A stretch of DNA of 64,000 bases from Octopus vulgaris (Eukaryota), in contig OX597822.1 of NCBI GenBank assembly GCA_951406725.2, forward strand, positions 90,086,001 through 90,150,000, read 5' to 3'. Of the stretch, positions 12,661-25,445 are shown piece after piece. How positions within the stretch are numbered: the first letter of the stretch is position 1; the number at the start of each line of letters is the position of its first letter. The position numbers were made by a program, and so were the translations under genes. The notes beneath the pieces are model-generated. The model was not told the DNA's origin. It saw nothing but the letters and a program-made list of their open reading frames with translations, and searched no databases.

Positions 12661-12867
12661 ATCCTGTGAAATGATATAACTTTAAATTTAACACTGAAAT
12701 ATCATGAGGAATAGTTTTTTAATAAAAGAAAAAATACAAGGCAAATTATTCAATTCAACATATTTCAAAAAGAAATATAATTTCCAAGAGAAGCTCCTGA
12801 TTAAATTTCTGAATGAGTTAAACCTCTCAGCCAGTTAACCCAGGCACCAAACAACTATCCATTACTA
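12661..12867. repeat. ~205-bp local duplicate of 13251-13458 (GALNT acceptor region)
   Basis: ATCCTGTGAAAT..TATAACTTTAAATTTAACACTG...CAGGCACCAAACAACTATCCATT is present at both positions with few mismatches. Confidence 0.92.
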
Positions 12868-13061
12868 CGGTGACAAATAAATGAAATACATAATAATTAT
12901 TTGAACCCAAAGTAAAGGAATACAAAAATGAAGACAAGCAAAAGACATAGATTTCCTTTTATGATAATAACCCAAAAAAAAAAAGAAAAAGAAAAATTGA
13001 ATCTAAAACTATCATTAAGCATGAAGCAATATATCTGTACTTGCATAATTGAAGTAATTAC

Positions 13062-13253
13062 CTAACAGGTTTCACATCAGAATTTTGATATCCAGGAATT
13101 CTTTGCCAAGTAAAGAGTAAATTCCACCAAAACCCTCCAACAACAAAATTACCAGTATGCTCATATGACATGGTAGCATAATTTATATTGTCTATTTCTG
13201 GACAGACTACAGTAGTGGAATTGGTTTGAATCTGTGAAAGCAGTGGCTCTATC
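13062..13253 (-). CDS. GALNT: Polypeptide N-acetylgalactosaminyltransferase, internal exon (third of three seen)
   Basis: 192 bp, ttcacag/gtaatt. Encodes (W)IEPLLSQIQTNSTTVVCPEIDNINYATMSYEHTGNFVVGGFWWNLLFTWQRIPGYQNSDVKPV(R), matching the GALNT WLEPLL...VVxPxID...GGFxWxLxFxW pattern; phase-compatible with the upstream exon. Confidence 0.93.
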
Positions 13254-13682
13254 CTGTGAAATTATATAACTTTAAATTTAACACTGAAATATCATGAGGA
13301 ATAGTTTTTTAATAAAAGAAAAAAATACAAGGCAAATTATTCATTTCAACAAATTTCAAAAAGAAACAAAATTTCCAAGAGAAGCTCCTGATTAAATTTC
13401 TGAACAAGTTAAACCTCTCAGCCAGTTAACCCAGGCACCAAACAACTATCCATTGCTATCCTGTTTCTTTTCTGTTTTTTTCTTTCAATTCATAAATTGC
13501 AGACCTGCCAATATTTTCTTATCACAGTTTCTTCTTTATTTCAAAATATTCTTGTTGAATCTAGCATAATCTTATAGGGCAAAATGTATCCTTTTCTTTT
13601 TCCAGATATATTAAACCATACATAATTAACAAAAGTTGTCATGCACAAAGGTGCATGCAAAATACACCAAAGAAAAACCATA

Positions 13683-13736
13683 TGATTGATTCTAGTTTCA
13701 GCTCACGAGCTGTGGCCATGCTAGGGCACTGCCATT
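13683..13736 (-). mobile_element. Short 3' tail of CR1-group LINE
   Basis: Matches the 3' end GGCGGTGCCCCAGCATGGCCACAGCTC..AGCTGAAACTAGAATCAATC of the copies ending at 52217 and 58735. Confidence 0.75.
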
Positions 13737-14433
13737 TATATATATAAAAAACATATAGAAATACACATATATATACACAGATATACACACGTATATACGT
13801 GCATGTTAATGTAGCCATACACAAAAACATGCATATACAGACAAAAACAAGTATACATACATACACACTTTTATGGTATATTTATATTTATGTCTTACAT
13901 GTATATGTATATACCAAGAGATTTTGTACGCATGCATGTATGCGTACATATATGTTTATGTGTGTATTTGTGTATATATTTATGTCTTACATATTTAAGT
14001 CTAAATATGTGTATAACCATGTACATGCATCTGTGTATATTGGTGCATATATGTATATTATAGATGGTCTAGTATGCATATATACTGCCGAAAAGAATAT
14101 TTAAGTAATACAGCGTGAAAATTTAAAATTTTAATTTTAATGTATTAATTTACTTATATTTCGTATATGATTATTTACCATATGTATTTGGAATCTGTCC
14201 TTCGATTTAAGGTTTTCTTCAATGTTACAATAGGATGAATTTATACTGAATTTATTTTCTTCATTGCATGCTTAAGACCATTAGTTGAAAAGACCAATGA
14301 AATAAAACCATATTCAAAGGCGTATCATTTAAACTACTTTTTACGTTTTTGTTTGATTATATCGTCATTTCTGTTCCATTATAACAAAACTGTTTTTGCG
14401 ATGTTTCTGCTGCTTTCAACATATATATATATG

Positions 14434-14473
<40 letters not shown>

Positions 14474-14489
14474 TATTTACATATACATT

Positions 14490-15436
14490 GGACCTGAAGC
14501 ATCAGTTGTGGTGTGCAAGAGAGACGATGGCGCTGGTATGATCACGTGGCGAGAATGGATGAAGATAGCTGTGTGAAAAAGTGCCACACCCTAGCAGTTG
14601 AGGGAACCTGTGGAAGAGGTAGATCCAGAAAAACCTGGGACAAGGTGGTGAAGCACGACCTTCAAACATTAGGCCTCACCGAGGCAATGACTAGTGACTG
14701 AGACCTTTGGAAATATGCTGTGCGTGAGAAGACCCAGCTGGACAAGTGAGACCATAACTCGTGGCCTTTACCAGGGATGTAGCCAACCCACTTAGGCATA
14801 CCTTTCCTTCTTTGGACACAAAACTCTGCTTGTGAAGACCTGTTGAGGCAAGTGAAATCGAAATTGAATTCGAAATCAAACCAAATCTGACGACTGAAAC
14901 CCACGCCAACCTCCCTTCATTGGACACTAAACTCTGCTTGTGAAGACCTTTTGGGGCAAGTGAAATTGGAATCAAAATTGAACCAAATTCGATGACTGGT
15001 ACCCGTGCCAGTGGAGCACTAACAGCTCCATCTGAGTGGGGTCACTGCCAGAGCGGCTGTCTGGCTTCCGTGCCGGTGGCACGTTAAAACCTCCATTTCA
15101 GCGTGATCATTACCAGCATTGCCTTACAAGCATTTGTGCCATGAACAAAACATTCGAGTGAGTTCGTTACCAGTGCCACTGGACTGACTCCTGTGCAGGT
15201 GGCACTTAAAAAACACCATTTTGAGCATGGCCGTTGCCAGTACCGCCAGACTGGCCCTCATGCCAGTGGCATGTAAAAGCGCCAACTACACTCTCGGAGT
15301 GGTTGGCATTAGTAAGGGCATCCAGCTGTAGAAACTCTGCCAGATCACATTGGGGCCTGGCGCAGCCATCTGGTTCGACAGTCCTCAGTCAAATCGTCCA
15401 ACCCATGCTAGCATGGAAAGCGGATGTTAAATGATG
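14490..15436 (+). mobile_element. RTE-clade LINE 3' fragment
   Basis: QERRWRWYDHVARMDEDSCVKKC...GRGRSRKTW...DLWKYAV, then a 3' UTR ending in (GAT)n. Same family as 40534-42006. Confidence 0.88.
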
Positions 15437-15584
15437 ATATATATATATACACACACACATATATACATATATACATACATATATACATACATACATATAT
15501 ATACATACATATACATACATACATATACATACATACATATACATACATACATACATATATATACATATATATATATATATATAT

Positions 15585-16115
15585 GCTGATGATGGCTGCC
15601 CCCTCATTATTGAGTATGGCCATTGCACAAGGCTTAACTGTTATTGGTGCTGTGATTAAATGTGACTTTTTAGCCCAGCTAAAGATCTACAATGTCTTGT
15701 ACAGAATTGGCAGCTAAAACCTTTACCGGCAGTAGCCAGCTCTAGTTGTAACTGGGCTTCATGTACCCTTGCATGTCGTTTAAGTCCTCCTGCCGAATTA
15801 CACTCTCTTCCACATGCCTGACAGATATGATTAGTATGGTGTGTAACACCACCACCAGTGGCCAGGTTGTCACTCATCTGTCTCACTTTATGACTACGAT
15901 GATGACTCTTGAGTCCAGCTTTACTGAGGCAGGATCTTGCACAGACACTGCATGTCAGCATTGTAGGAAGACCCTTCCCATCTGGAAGTGTAACAGCGAT
16001 GCCCTTCCTGACATCCCTCCTTACTTTCTCATGCACAACTTGAGATTTCGCAAAAGTGGCTGTCCCTCGTGCACAATCCTCCACCTGCTACGATCAATAG
16101 CTATGCCCTCCCATC
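15585..16115 (-). mobile_element. RTE-type LINE 3' fragment with three C2H2-type zinc fingers
   Basis: WEGIAIDRSRWR (RTE-like AxDRxxWR) precedes, in another frame, CSVCARSCLSKAGLKSHHRSH, CQACGRECNSAGGLKRHARVH and [17 protein letters not shown]. Confidence 0.75.
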
Positions 16116-16769
16116 ATTTTGTTAAAATATTGACACACTAGAATACTTAACAAATGAGAGCCAGAAGTACCAGTATAGCTAAAGTTTTATGCAAAGTAGA
16201 ATAGTATATATGGTAGGCAAATTCATTATGTAAAAAATAGGCATTGGATCAAGACTAAAAATGTGAAGACTTGTCAATAATTTAGGCAATAACTCAAGAA
16301 AATTTTACTGTAATACAACTAATTTTTTTATTATTCTATTTATTGTACTAACTAATTAAGTACTACTATTATTCTTTATAACTTATTTTCAAATTTCTAA
16401 TTATTAATTAATAATTTAAAAAATGAATTTTTTTAAGTGCAAAAAATATTTTGAGTTATTTTTTTATTTTTAATAGAAGTGACAAGTAATACCAAATAGA
16501 AGTAATAACTTGTAATAAAATTTTTAGTTTTAATAAAAGCTAATATTTTCTAAATCTAAATATTTTATTTGAAATTTTATCCTTAGCTGCAATATTTTAA
16601 GTAACACTTTTCTTGTTCTGTACTTTACGAGCTGTAATAACTTGTCCTGTACTTTTCCAGGTTTATAAACTTAAGAATATTATTTCTCTTTCTCGCATTT
16701 TTCCATGTAATACATATATATATATATATATCATAAAATCAAAATAAGCAACAGGATATCAAGTAGTGA

Positions 16770-16855
16770 TGCAGAACTGCCGTTTCAAGCAGCTTCATTT
16801 AATTGAACAATGCAATCATTACATAAATTTAAATGCAGTGCCATCTTCAGCTGCA
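16770..16855 (-). ncRNA. Type-I hammerhead-like motif, canonical core, long stem II
   Basis: Minus strand tgcag-CTGAAGA-tggca...tgctt-GAAA-c-ggca-g-TT-ctgca, with a perfect 5-bp stem I. Confidence 0.6.
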
Positions 16856-17075
16856 CAAACAAATAAATAGAATTTTAACCAGTCGGACACATTAATATAA
16901 TTTTTCTCAAATATTTTAACAGAAGAAGATTGAAAAAATTCATGTTGTCACTATTGTAGCTAAGAATAGACTACACTTCCAAGAATCGCATGAAGCCTAT
17001 TGAGGTCATAATGTTGTAAGGGGCTGTAATTCATTTCTAATTTATTCCTCTCTTTATCAACTACTAAGTCTAGGA

Positions 17076-18180
17076 CTAGAAGACTGTGTCTGCTTTGAAT
17101 AAAGGACAAGAGTGAGTTGACAGCTCATGGCTAGGTATGGTCATAAATATTATCATAAATATTATCATAACTGATTGCATGCCTGAAAGAGCCACCATGA
17201 ACAGCAGCAGCCCCAGTACAGTTCTCTGAGGCATTCCACTCTCTATTACTGTCTCCTTGGAGAGGGCTCCATTGGCTGACAAAGTCTGGCTTCTGTTTTA
17301 CGACCACTCACAGAGTTTCCCAACTATGCTGAGTGTCTGTGGCTTGTGACATACCATCCCATGACCAACCTTATCAAAGGCCTTTCCAAAGTTGAAATAT
17401 ATCACATCCGTACTTAAATGATTCATTAATTGCTTCAACAACCATTCATAGTGCTGCAAAAGCTGTGTAAGGCAGCTTCTTCCTGAGTAGAAGCCATGCT
17501 GGGTAACAGGAAGCAAGTCATTATCTTCAAGGAACGCAATTAGTTTCATCTTGACAATGCTTTCCATGACTTAGCTGGCATGGGTGGTTAGAGAGACAGG
17601 TCTACATTTTTTAGTATCTGTTCTGCTACCTCTCTTATGGATAGGACATGTTAGGCCTTTTTGAAAAGTCTCCCAGTTCTGAGGAAGCTCTGGAAGAGAA
17701 TCTGAAGTGGTCTTGTTGGAGCCCCATTACATTTCTTTAGGAAGGTTGCTGGGAATTCATCAGAGCCTGTGGCCCATATTACGTCAGTTTCCTCTACTTT
17801 GATGCTATCAATGATTGCCATTTCTTTGTGTAGAGCTGTGGTGCCAAAGAACACATTAGGCAGGTTCCCCAATGGAGTGGTGAAAACACTCTTGCATTGC
17901 ACATTCAGCATTTCACTGATCTCCTGGGAGTCCGCAGTTGGCAAGCCAGCCTCCCCAAAAAGTGGCCCTGTCCCACACCACACTGGAGAAGACTTTTTGC
18001 ACATCTATAGAAGGCTTTAGGGTTTATCTCAACACTTTTGACAGCCCTGGTCTCCTCCTCTAACTCCTTTCCCTGAGAGTCTTTGAATTAATTTTTGATC
18101 TCAAGCAATGTTTACCTGAGATAGGATCGCTTGTTATCCTTTAGTGACCCATTCAGATGATTTCAGGTTTTTGCTCACTG
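17076..18180 (-). mobile_element. Degenerate CR1-group LINE RT fragment
   Basis: QHGFYSGRSCLTQLL, NFGKAFDKVGH and SGMPQRTVLGLLLF. Confidence 0.85.
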
Positions 18181-18269
18181 TCTCATTAGAATCCTCCTAT
18201 GCCTGGGCATGACATCTCTTTGCTGGTTTGGCGTTCTTTCTGAAGCAAACTTACTGCATATGTCAGTAA

Positions 18270-18720
18270 TTCCTGATGGACCAGGAGCCCTCTCTGAGTT
18301 CATATCCTTAATTGTCTTCTCTATCATACTGCTGTTAAGAAGGATAGATGATCCATCTGTTGGATTCACATTAGGAAACCATCTCCCATTCAATGTTATA
18401 TTTAGTAGCCTTTCATAACAGCACTTCCATGCAGTTTTCTTTGCAGAATCAATAATTACAAGTGTACCATTATGTGCCCACACACATTTCTCTCTCACAA
18501 CATTATGATTTTCTCTGATACTCTGTCTTGCAATCTGAAACACCTCACACCTGTGGTACTCACACTGTATGACATTAGCATATCTCTTCCTTTCTGCTTC
18601 TCCCCTTGGAGATAGCTTCTCTTCTAGCTATTTGGTATATTTCTATGCTACCCCAATTCTTCCAATCCTTCCAAGCCTGTTGTCTCTTCACTTAATGATT
18701 CTGTCTATTTCTAGCTACAG
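18270..18720 (-). mobile_element. Degenerate RTE-like LINE fragment (EN-RT linker)
   Basis: KKTAWKCCYERLLN...IKDMNSERAPGPSGIT. Confidence 0.65.
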
Positions 18721-18952
18721 CTGTAACCACTCCTATCATAACTATTTTGATTAAATTGTTTCCGAGAATTCATTCTTTGTTGCTTCTCTTACCCCACCAC
18801 CACTACCACTACCACCACCACCAACCACTTATCCATGATGAAGCATTCTCTACTTTCTTCTCATTGTACATATATGTAGTTACATATATTAGACCAAATG
18901 AGATAACAAATCCAAGGCTCAGAGGAGTTTTCAGGACATTTATAATGAAATA

Positions 18953-19000
18953 GTCCTACAGCTGTTTCTGGGATATTATGGCTATCCTTTCATCTGAGAC
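18953..19000 (-). ncRNA. Minimal type-I hammerhead-like motif in a PLE pseudo-LTR remnant
   Basis: Minus strand gtct-CAGATGA-aa-ggata-gccataa-tatcc-ca-GAAA-cagctg-TA-ggac, with palindromic stem III ACAGCTGT typical of PLE hammerheads. U4A change. Confidence 0.65.
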
Positions 19001-20286
19001 GGCGTGAGAAAATATTTGAGTTCAAATTATTGTGGAAAAGATAGGGAATATAGAGGGAAATAAGAGAATGAAAGTAGAAACAAGATATATAAAGATATTG
19101 TAGTTGCAGTTCCATTATTCGAGGAAAATAGTGTATAGAAGTGGTAAAAAAGTTTCCTGTACATGGTGTGTAAGTTCCACCTGCAGTTCATATTTAGTCA
19201 TTTCAAAGTATGGAGCTGTGGAATCAGTGTTGCGCTTTTGAAAGGGTTTTGTGGTGTGAATGAAAATTTGAGAATGTATTGGTAGTCTTTATGGATAGGT
19301 GGCGGGAGAAGCGATAAAGTATGATCAGAAAGAGGAGAAAGGTCAAATCTAAAACAGGAAGAGAAAATGAGAGGAAGAAAGAGAGAAAAAGAAAAAGGGA
19401 GAGAGACAAAATACAAAGAGTGAAAAAAATGAAGAAATGGAAGTGAGAGAGGGAGTGTTAGTTAGTGGCCAAGATAATGTGATGGGAGGATGGGGGGGGG
19501 GGGGAGAGGAAGAGATGAGAAGCTAAAGAGTAAAAGAATGTGAGATATGTGAGTAGGAGTGATATGACAGAGCTGCATTAACATTTACAGTCACACGCAT
19601 GCACGCATATAGATACTTATGTATACATATATACACATATACACACTCATTCACATATATTTGTATATATAAATACATGTACACACACACACACGTGTAT
19701 ACACACACACACACACGTGTATACACACACACACACATATATATATATATTTACATATACCCACATACAAATACAAACAGACATAAAATATCTGCACACA
19801 TATTTTTATACACACCCACATGTACCCGCTTGTATGTTCATACATGTATTATTAAATGATTGTGATCCTTAAAGTAAGCTGGGGGAGTTAGTTAAAGATG
19901 AAAATTTAAAATAGAGACAGGTAGGGTTGTTGGGAATTATCTACAGGGTGTACCACATATCAGAAGACACAAACATAAGCATTTTATGTCAGCAGATGTC
20001 AAGATGTTAGACATCTTGGAAACATTACTCTCAATCCACAACACATCAGCACACATATCTAAGTTTACATTTTTTTTCTTATATCTCATCCAATTAATGC
20101 TTACCCAGACATTACTTGCTTAATAATTCTTATAGTTTCTTTATTGAGTGATTGCATCATCAATGCAAAATAACTTTTATAAAAAGAAAAGAACATACTA
20201 AATGTACTATTTGAATTGAGAGGAGACAATATCTAAAATCAAAAATATTGATATTCAAATCTAGATAAAAAATAATTTGTACCTAC

Positions 20287-20464
20287 CAACCAGGGCTGGC
20301 TTCACAATGTGCATCAAGAAAAATAAGAACATCACCAACGGCAGCTTTAGCTCCTGCAATTCTAGCTCGAATTAAACCTGAGCGTTCGTTGGTACGTACA
20401 ATTCTAACAATGTTATCAGGCCAAGTATCATAAATGTATTGTTTCAATTTGCTGCCAAGTTCTT
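20287..20464 (-). CDS. GALNT: Polypeptide N-acetylgalactosaminyltransferase, internal exon with DxH motif (second of three seen)
   Basis: 178 bp, tttcag/gtaggt. Encodes [58 protein letters not shown](W), the GLIRAR...FLDAHCE signature. Confidence 0.96.
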
Positions 20465-20842
20465 CTGAAATGTTATAAGAGTATACACAATCTGTTAAGA
20501 ATCTATGAAAATATAAATAATTAAAGCAACTTTACTATGAAATGAAATTGAAGACATGAAGCAACTAAAGAAGGAAGGAAATAATACAGGTAACAGATGA
20601 GAGAAGAACAAAGGCAAGAAATAAAATAAAGTTGAAGTTGAGACCAATGGGTAAGTAGAGACATGATTCAGCACAAAACATGTGGTGTAGAGAAAGAAAT
20701 ATGGATGAACAATGATTATTAGTGAAAACATTGAGAGAAAAAAGTAGTACAAAGAAAGAATATGAATAACAAGGGTAGAATACCAGGAAGAACTTCAAGA
20801 AAGAAAATCAGTACAGTGAGAAAAACATAAATGGAAAACAAT

Positions 20843-21526
20843 CTCTATATTATAAATCTGAAATGCGACAAAAGTTTGTTTGTCTGGTTTTGACATTGGA
20901 ACGGGTTAAGTGGCAAGAAATTCCATCGGATTCGCTCCAAAATTTACAGGGACATGAAAAAAGAGGCGAAGATGTGAGTGGGCTAGGTTAGAAATCCCTA
21001 TCTCAAAAGCTGTGGTTACTAGGGTAAAAAACCCACACTTTGACAGGTGTATGTCGTTTCTCTCTTTCTCATATCTGCCTGTCTTCCTCCGTCTTTCTCT
21101 TTCCTCCCTTACCTCCAATTTCTCTCTATAATGACGTTTGACAGCTTCCACTATCTTTCCCCCACCACCTTTGCCAGCTCTGTCACTCTTTCTCCCACAT
21201 CATCTCTCTCTCTCTCTGTACGTCTGTCAGCACTTTCTCTCTATAACGACGTTTGAGAGCTTTGCCGGCTCTCTGTCACTCTTTCTCCCACCACCTCTCT
21301 CACTGTACTTCTGTCTCTATCTATAGTCAAAAAGTGTGACAGTAGCAACAGTTAAAATATTCCCATCTTTTAGAACAGTGAATTATTATCGCCCACCACC
21401 ATCGCACAACCATAACAGATATTATTAATCAGATATATTGTGTTAATTTATATATGTGTGTATATAAATATATATATAATGTGTATACATATATATCTTT
21501 ATATATATATAAAGTGTATATATTTG

Positions 21527-21592
<66 letters not shown>

Positions 21593-21699
21593 CATGTATA
21601 TATAATGCATATATATGTGTGTGTGTGTGTGTGTATTACATGTATATATAATGTGTGTGTGTGTGTGTGTGTATATATATAATGTACATATTTATTTAA

Positions 21700-21743
<44 letters not shown>

Positions 21744-24100
21744 TAATGTGTGCATATGTGATTGGATTCAGCTGAAAATATGCAAGCTTATGTTAAAAGT
21801 GCTAGCAAGTTTGCATGGCAACTTTGAATTTGCTCAAATGAAAGGCATCGCCTCAAGGGCAAAATTCCTCATCTTTTAAAATGTGGCCCGCGTAGACCCA
21901 AATGAAATCAGGTTATAATACCGAAACAATTAAAACAATAATAAACTATTTTAATCCCGAGCAAGGCCCGGTATATCTGTCTAATCTATAAAATGAAGAA
22001 GGCGAACGTTGATACAAATTGGATTTTTAAGTAAAAAAAGGTCTAAATGGGGCTGGAAGGGGATTAAAATTTACAGGAGGGCATAACTTGAGGTGGGAAA
22101 TTGATTGGGAGACGTTTTGGGTGGTTGCAGTGGTGTGAAAACTGGGATTTTATTGATTTGGGGGGACACTTGGGGGTCTAGATCAGACACCTTTTGCCCG
22201 ATTTCAATCAAATTATCAACATGGTAAAGTGGAAGCGGATTCGTAATTTAAATGCGGAAATCTAATTTTTTATAAATGGGAGAGAGAGAGATAGAGAAAG
22301 ATAAAGAGTAAGAGAAAGCGAGGGAGAGTCCGAAAGAAAGGAAGAGTGAGAGAGAGGGAAAGTGAGAAAGGAGAGAGAAACAAAGAGGGAGAATGTGGCG
22401 ATAAGAAACAGAAAGGAAGCAACAGAAAGTAACAACGATATCCTCCCCCACACGTAGAGCGGGACACCTTACACTAGTCAGCATCTATAAAGCTGAATGC
22501 AAAAAGTTTGTTTGTCTCATTTCAGGATTAAGGGGCACTAGATGGGGTTGGATTGGCTCCAAAATTTACAGGGACATGTAAAAAGAGGCGAGGAAGTGAG
22601 TGGACTAGGTTAGAAACCCCTATCTCAAAAGCTGTGGTTACTAGGGCAACAAAACCCACACTTTAGCAAGTGTTTGTCGTTTCTCTCTTTCGTATATCAC
22701 CCTGTCCTCCTCCGTCTCTCTCTCTCCTTCTTTCCCTGCACTTTCTCTCTATAACAACGTTTGACAGCTTCGCCATCTCTCTGTCACTCTTTCTCTCACC
22801 ACCTCTCTCACTACGTTTGTCTGTATCTATAGAGAGAAAGCGTTGACAGTTGCAAAAGTTTAAATCTTCTAAAAGACCTGTGGCGGGAAGATTTAAACTT
22901 TTGCAACTGTCAACGCTTTCTTTTAGAATGGTGAATTATTACGTTGATACAAATTGGATTTTTATGTGAAAAGGGGTCTAAATGGGGCTGGAAGGGAATT
23001 AAAATTTACAGGAAGGGGTGTTTAGGAATTCTGTTACATCAAGCTAAAAGATTTTCGCCAATCTTTAAATCATCAATGTGTTGCCGTCTGTCATGAAGAA
23101 GCTTTGAATGCCTGCCATGGTGAGTCTACTGTCGTGAGAAAGAATCACTTCAAAACTTAGTGTTTAGAAATTTTCTTTTACATCAAGTTCAAAATTTTGC
23201 GCCAGCCATTAAACTGCCAGCATGTTGCTGTCCGTTGTTAAGAAGTTTTGGATGCCAGCCATGTTGAGTCTATCCCTTCAAATTTTGGTTTCCAATATTT
23301 TTTTAATTTTTATTCAGCTCGCAAGTTCATCTGTCCCTTTTAAATGTTAGTGTTTTGTTGTCTGCCTTGAAGCAGACCTTTCCATTGTCACTGCCTAATA
23401 TTTATGATTGATCTTTCAAAATATTTTGTTTCTCAACTTACTCAAGATCTTTTGTCTTTATAAATGGGAGAAAGATACAGAGTAAGAGAAAGTGAGGGAG
23501 AGTCCGAGAGAAAGGAAGAGTAAGAGAGTGGGAAAGTGAGAGAGAAAGGAGAGAAAAACAAAGAGGGAGAATGTGGTGATAAGAAACAGAAAGGAAGCAA
23601 CAGAAAATAACAACCACACCCTCACCTGCACATAGAGCGGGTCACCTTAAGCTAGTTCTTAATATAATAAATTTCCAAAAATGTCAGAGACAATGTGGTA
23701 TTCCTATAACATGTCATTAAAAGTAAACAACTGAACCTTATAACAGAGAAATAGATAGATCCTGTTTTCACTGAGACATTTTGAGATACAGAATTAAGCC
23801 TCTAAACAGTTGCCATAACAGTAAAGTGCAACTTCTTCCTCTGGTTCATCCTGATGCACTTAAGGTAATCTTTGATATAAATAATGAGCAAGCTTTGTGG
23901 TAAATAATAATTTCAGGAAAAAAAAAAGCTGAAATTATAATTGTACATTTTCCTTTGTTTGATTTGGACAAACATACCAATCTTTAAATATTCCCACCAC
24001 AAGTCTTTTAGAACGGTGAATTATTACGTTGATACAAATTGGATTTTTATGTGAAAAGCGGGCTGGAAGGGAATTAAAATTTACAGGAGGGGGTGAAAAT
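20843..24100 (+). mobile_element. Cluster of related non-autonomous Helitron-like copies and fragments
   Basis: Repeated modules: TCTATA..AAAGTTTGTTTGTCT starts at ~20843 and ~22484, shared internal blocks at ~22007, 22940 and 24025, and 3' ends GAGCGGG.CACCTTA..CTAG|T at ~22477 and ~23655. Confidence 0.55.
22835..22921. repeat. Perfect 35-bp inverted repeat with 17-nt loop
   Basis: AGAAAGCGTTGACAGTTGCAAAAGTTTAAATCTTC (22835-22869) and its exact reverse complement (22887-22921). Confidence 0.95.
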
Positions 24101-24629
24101 GTACCCTGGCTGGTTTTACATTATTGAATAGGGATATAGTGAGCCACACACAGACCAATAGGGAAGGCCTTGAAACAATTAATTTCAATCATACTATGTC
24201 ATGAACTAGGAGAAGACTGCAGAAGTCAACCACGTAAAGAAAGAAGAGGCAAAAAGCTATATGGAGTGAGTACAGCTATTCGATGTTTTAAAACTAGTTT
24301 TACAGAAACTACTTTCAAATTCCCATTTTTTCCATACATTAACTTGTGTAGGCTGAACTATGTAAAATGTTAGAGAAAGAAACCTCACTGTTTCTTGCAA
24401 TACATACCAATATGTATATCAAAAGCAAAAGTTTTTCAGGGACCGTTAAAATACTATTGTGGATCCCTAATTTACTATTTTGTTGCATGGACCCCACAAA
24501 ATCTTGTATGGACCCTGTTTGAGAACCACTGAGCCAACAGAACACATCCTGAATAACTTTTACAAATAAGCCCATTCAAAACATCTTACACACATACACA
24601 AGAAAAAATTATGTAAGCAAAAATAAAAG

Positions 24630-24905
24630 CGCAGACATGACTGTGTGGTAAGAAGCTTACTTCCCAACCACATGGTTCCAGGTTCTGTTGCACTGCATGA
24701 CACTTTGGGCAAGAGTCTTCTACTATAGCTTTGGGAGTGATTTGGTACACGGAAACTAAAAGAAGCCTGTCATATATGTCTGGTAGTGTCGGCTATAGCC
24801 TAGTCACCCGTATAGTTAATCAGGTGATACACAAAGGAGTCATACCCAATGACTGGTGTAGCAGCATAATAGTCAACTGCTACAAAGGTAAAGGTAACGC
24901 CCTCA
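24630..24905 (+). mobile_element. SINE head followed by RTE RT fragment
   Basis: Homologous to 489-600, then VTRIVNQVIHKGVIPNDWCSSIIVNCYKGKGNAL (RTE RT N-terminal motif). Confidence 0.7.
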
Positions 24906-25020
24906 GAGGCAAGAAAAGAGAAAGACACATACTATAGAGAGAGTGTGTAAAGACGTCGTACAAGGTAAGGATGTGTGGTATACATAGGAGTGGGGGTACG
25001 TAAACGCCGCAATAATATAT

Positions 25021-25420
25021 GTATAGAATTTAATATAAAATATAAATTACAAAGTGGGACAAGAACGCAAAAACACACAAGGAGATGACACAAAAAACCG
25101 ATGGGTCACTCGAAGCGTTTTTTATTTCTGTTTTATATATAATTTTGTTTCTTGTATTTACATTCGTGTGGCATCCTGTCTTTGTTCCATATACATTCGA
25201 CCCTCTTTCCAAGAATCCAATGCCTGTGGCTTGGATTTTCCTTGGGGCTGGCCGGATCGGAGTGATATCGAGATTAAACAGCCGAAATCACTAAGATGAT
25301 CCGGTTCCCGACTGAAGATTAGAGGCTTCGAGTGACCCGTCGGTTTTTTGTGTCGTCTCCTTGTGTGTTTTTGCGTTCTTGTCCCACTTTGTAATTTATA
25401 TTTTATATTAAATTCTATAC
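25021..25420. mobile_element. Fold-back element with ~96-bp terminal inverted repeats
   Basis: 25021-25116 and 25325-25420 are reverse complements with ~2 mismatches, set in TA repeats, with no coding capacity. Confidence 0.85.
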
Positions 25421-25445
25421 ATATATATATATATATATATACATA

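Noticed and set aside
16140-16710. Very AT-rich tract resembling mitochondrial rRNA
   Set aside because: I could not identify any conserved rRNA motif; left unassigned.
25305-25340. CTGAAGA as a hammerhead core in the fold-back element
   Set aside because: No properly placed GAAA or stem III follows.
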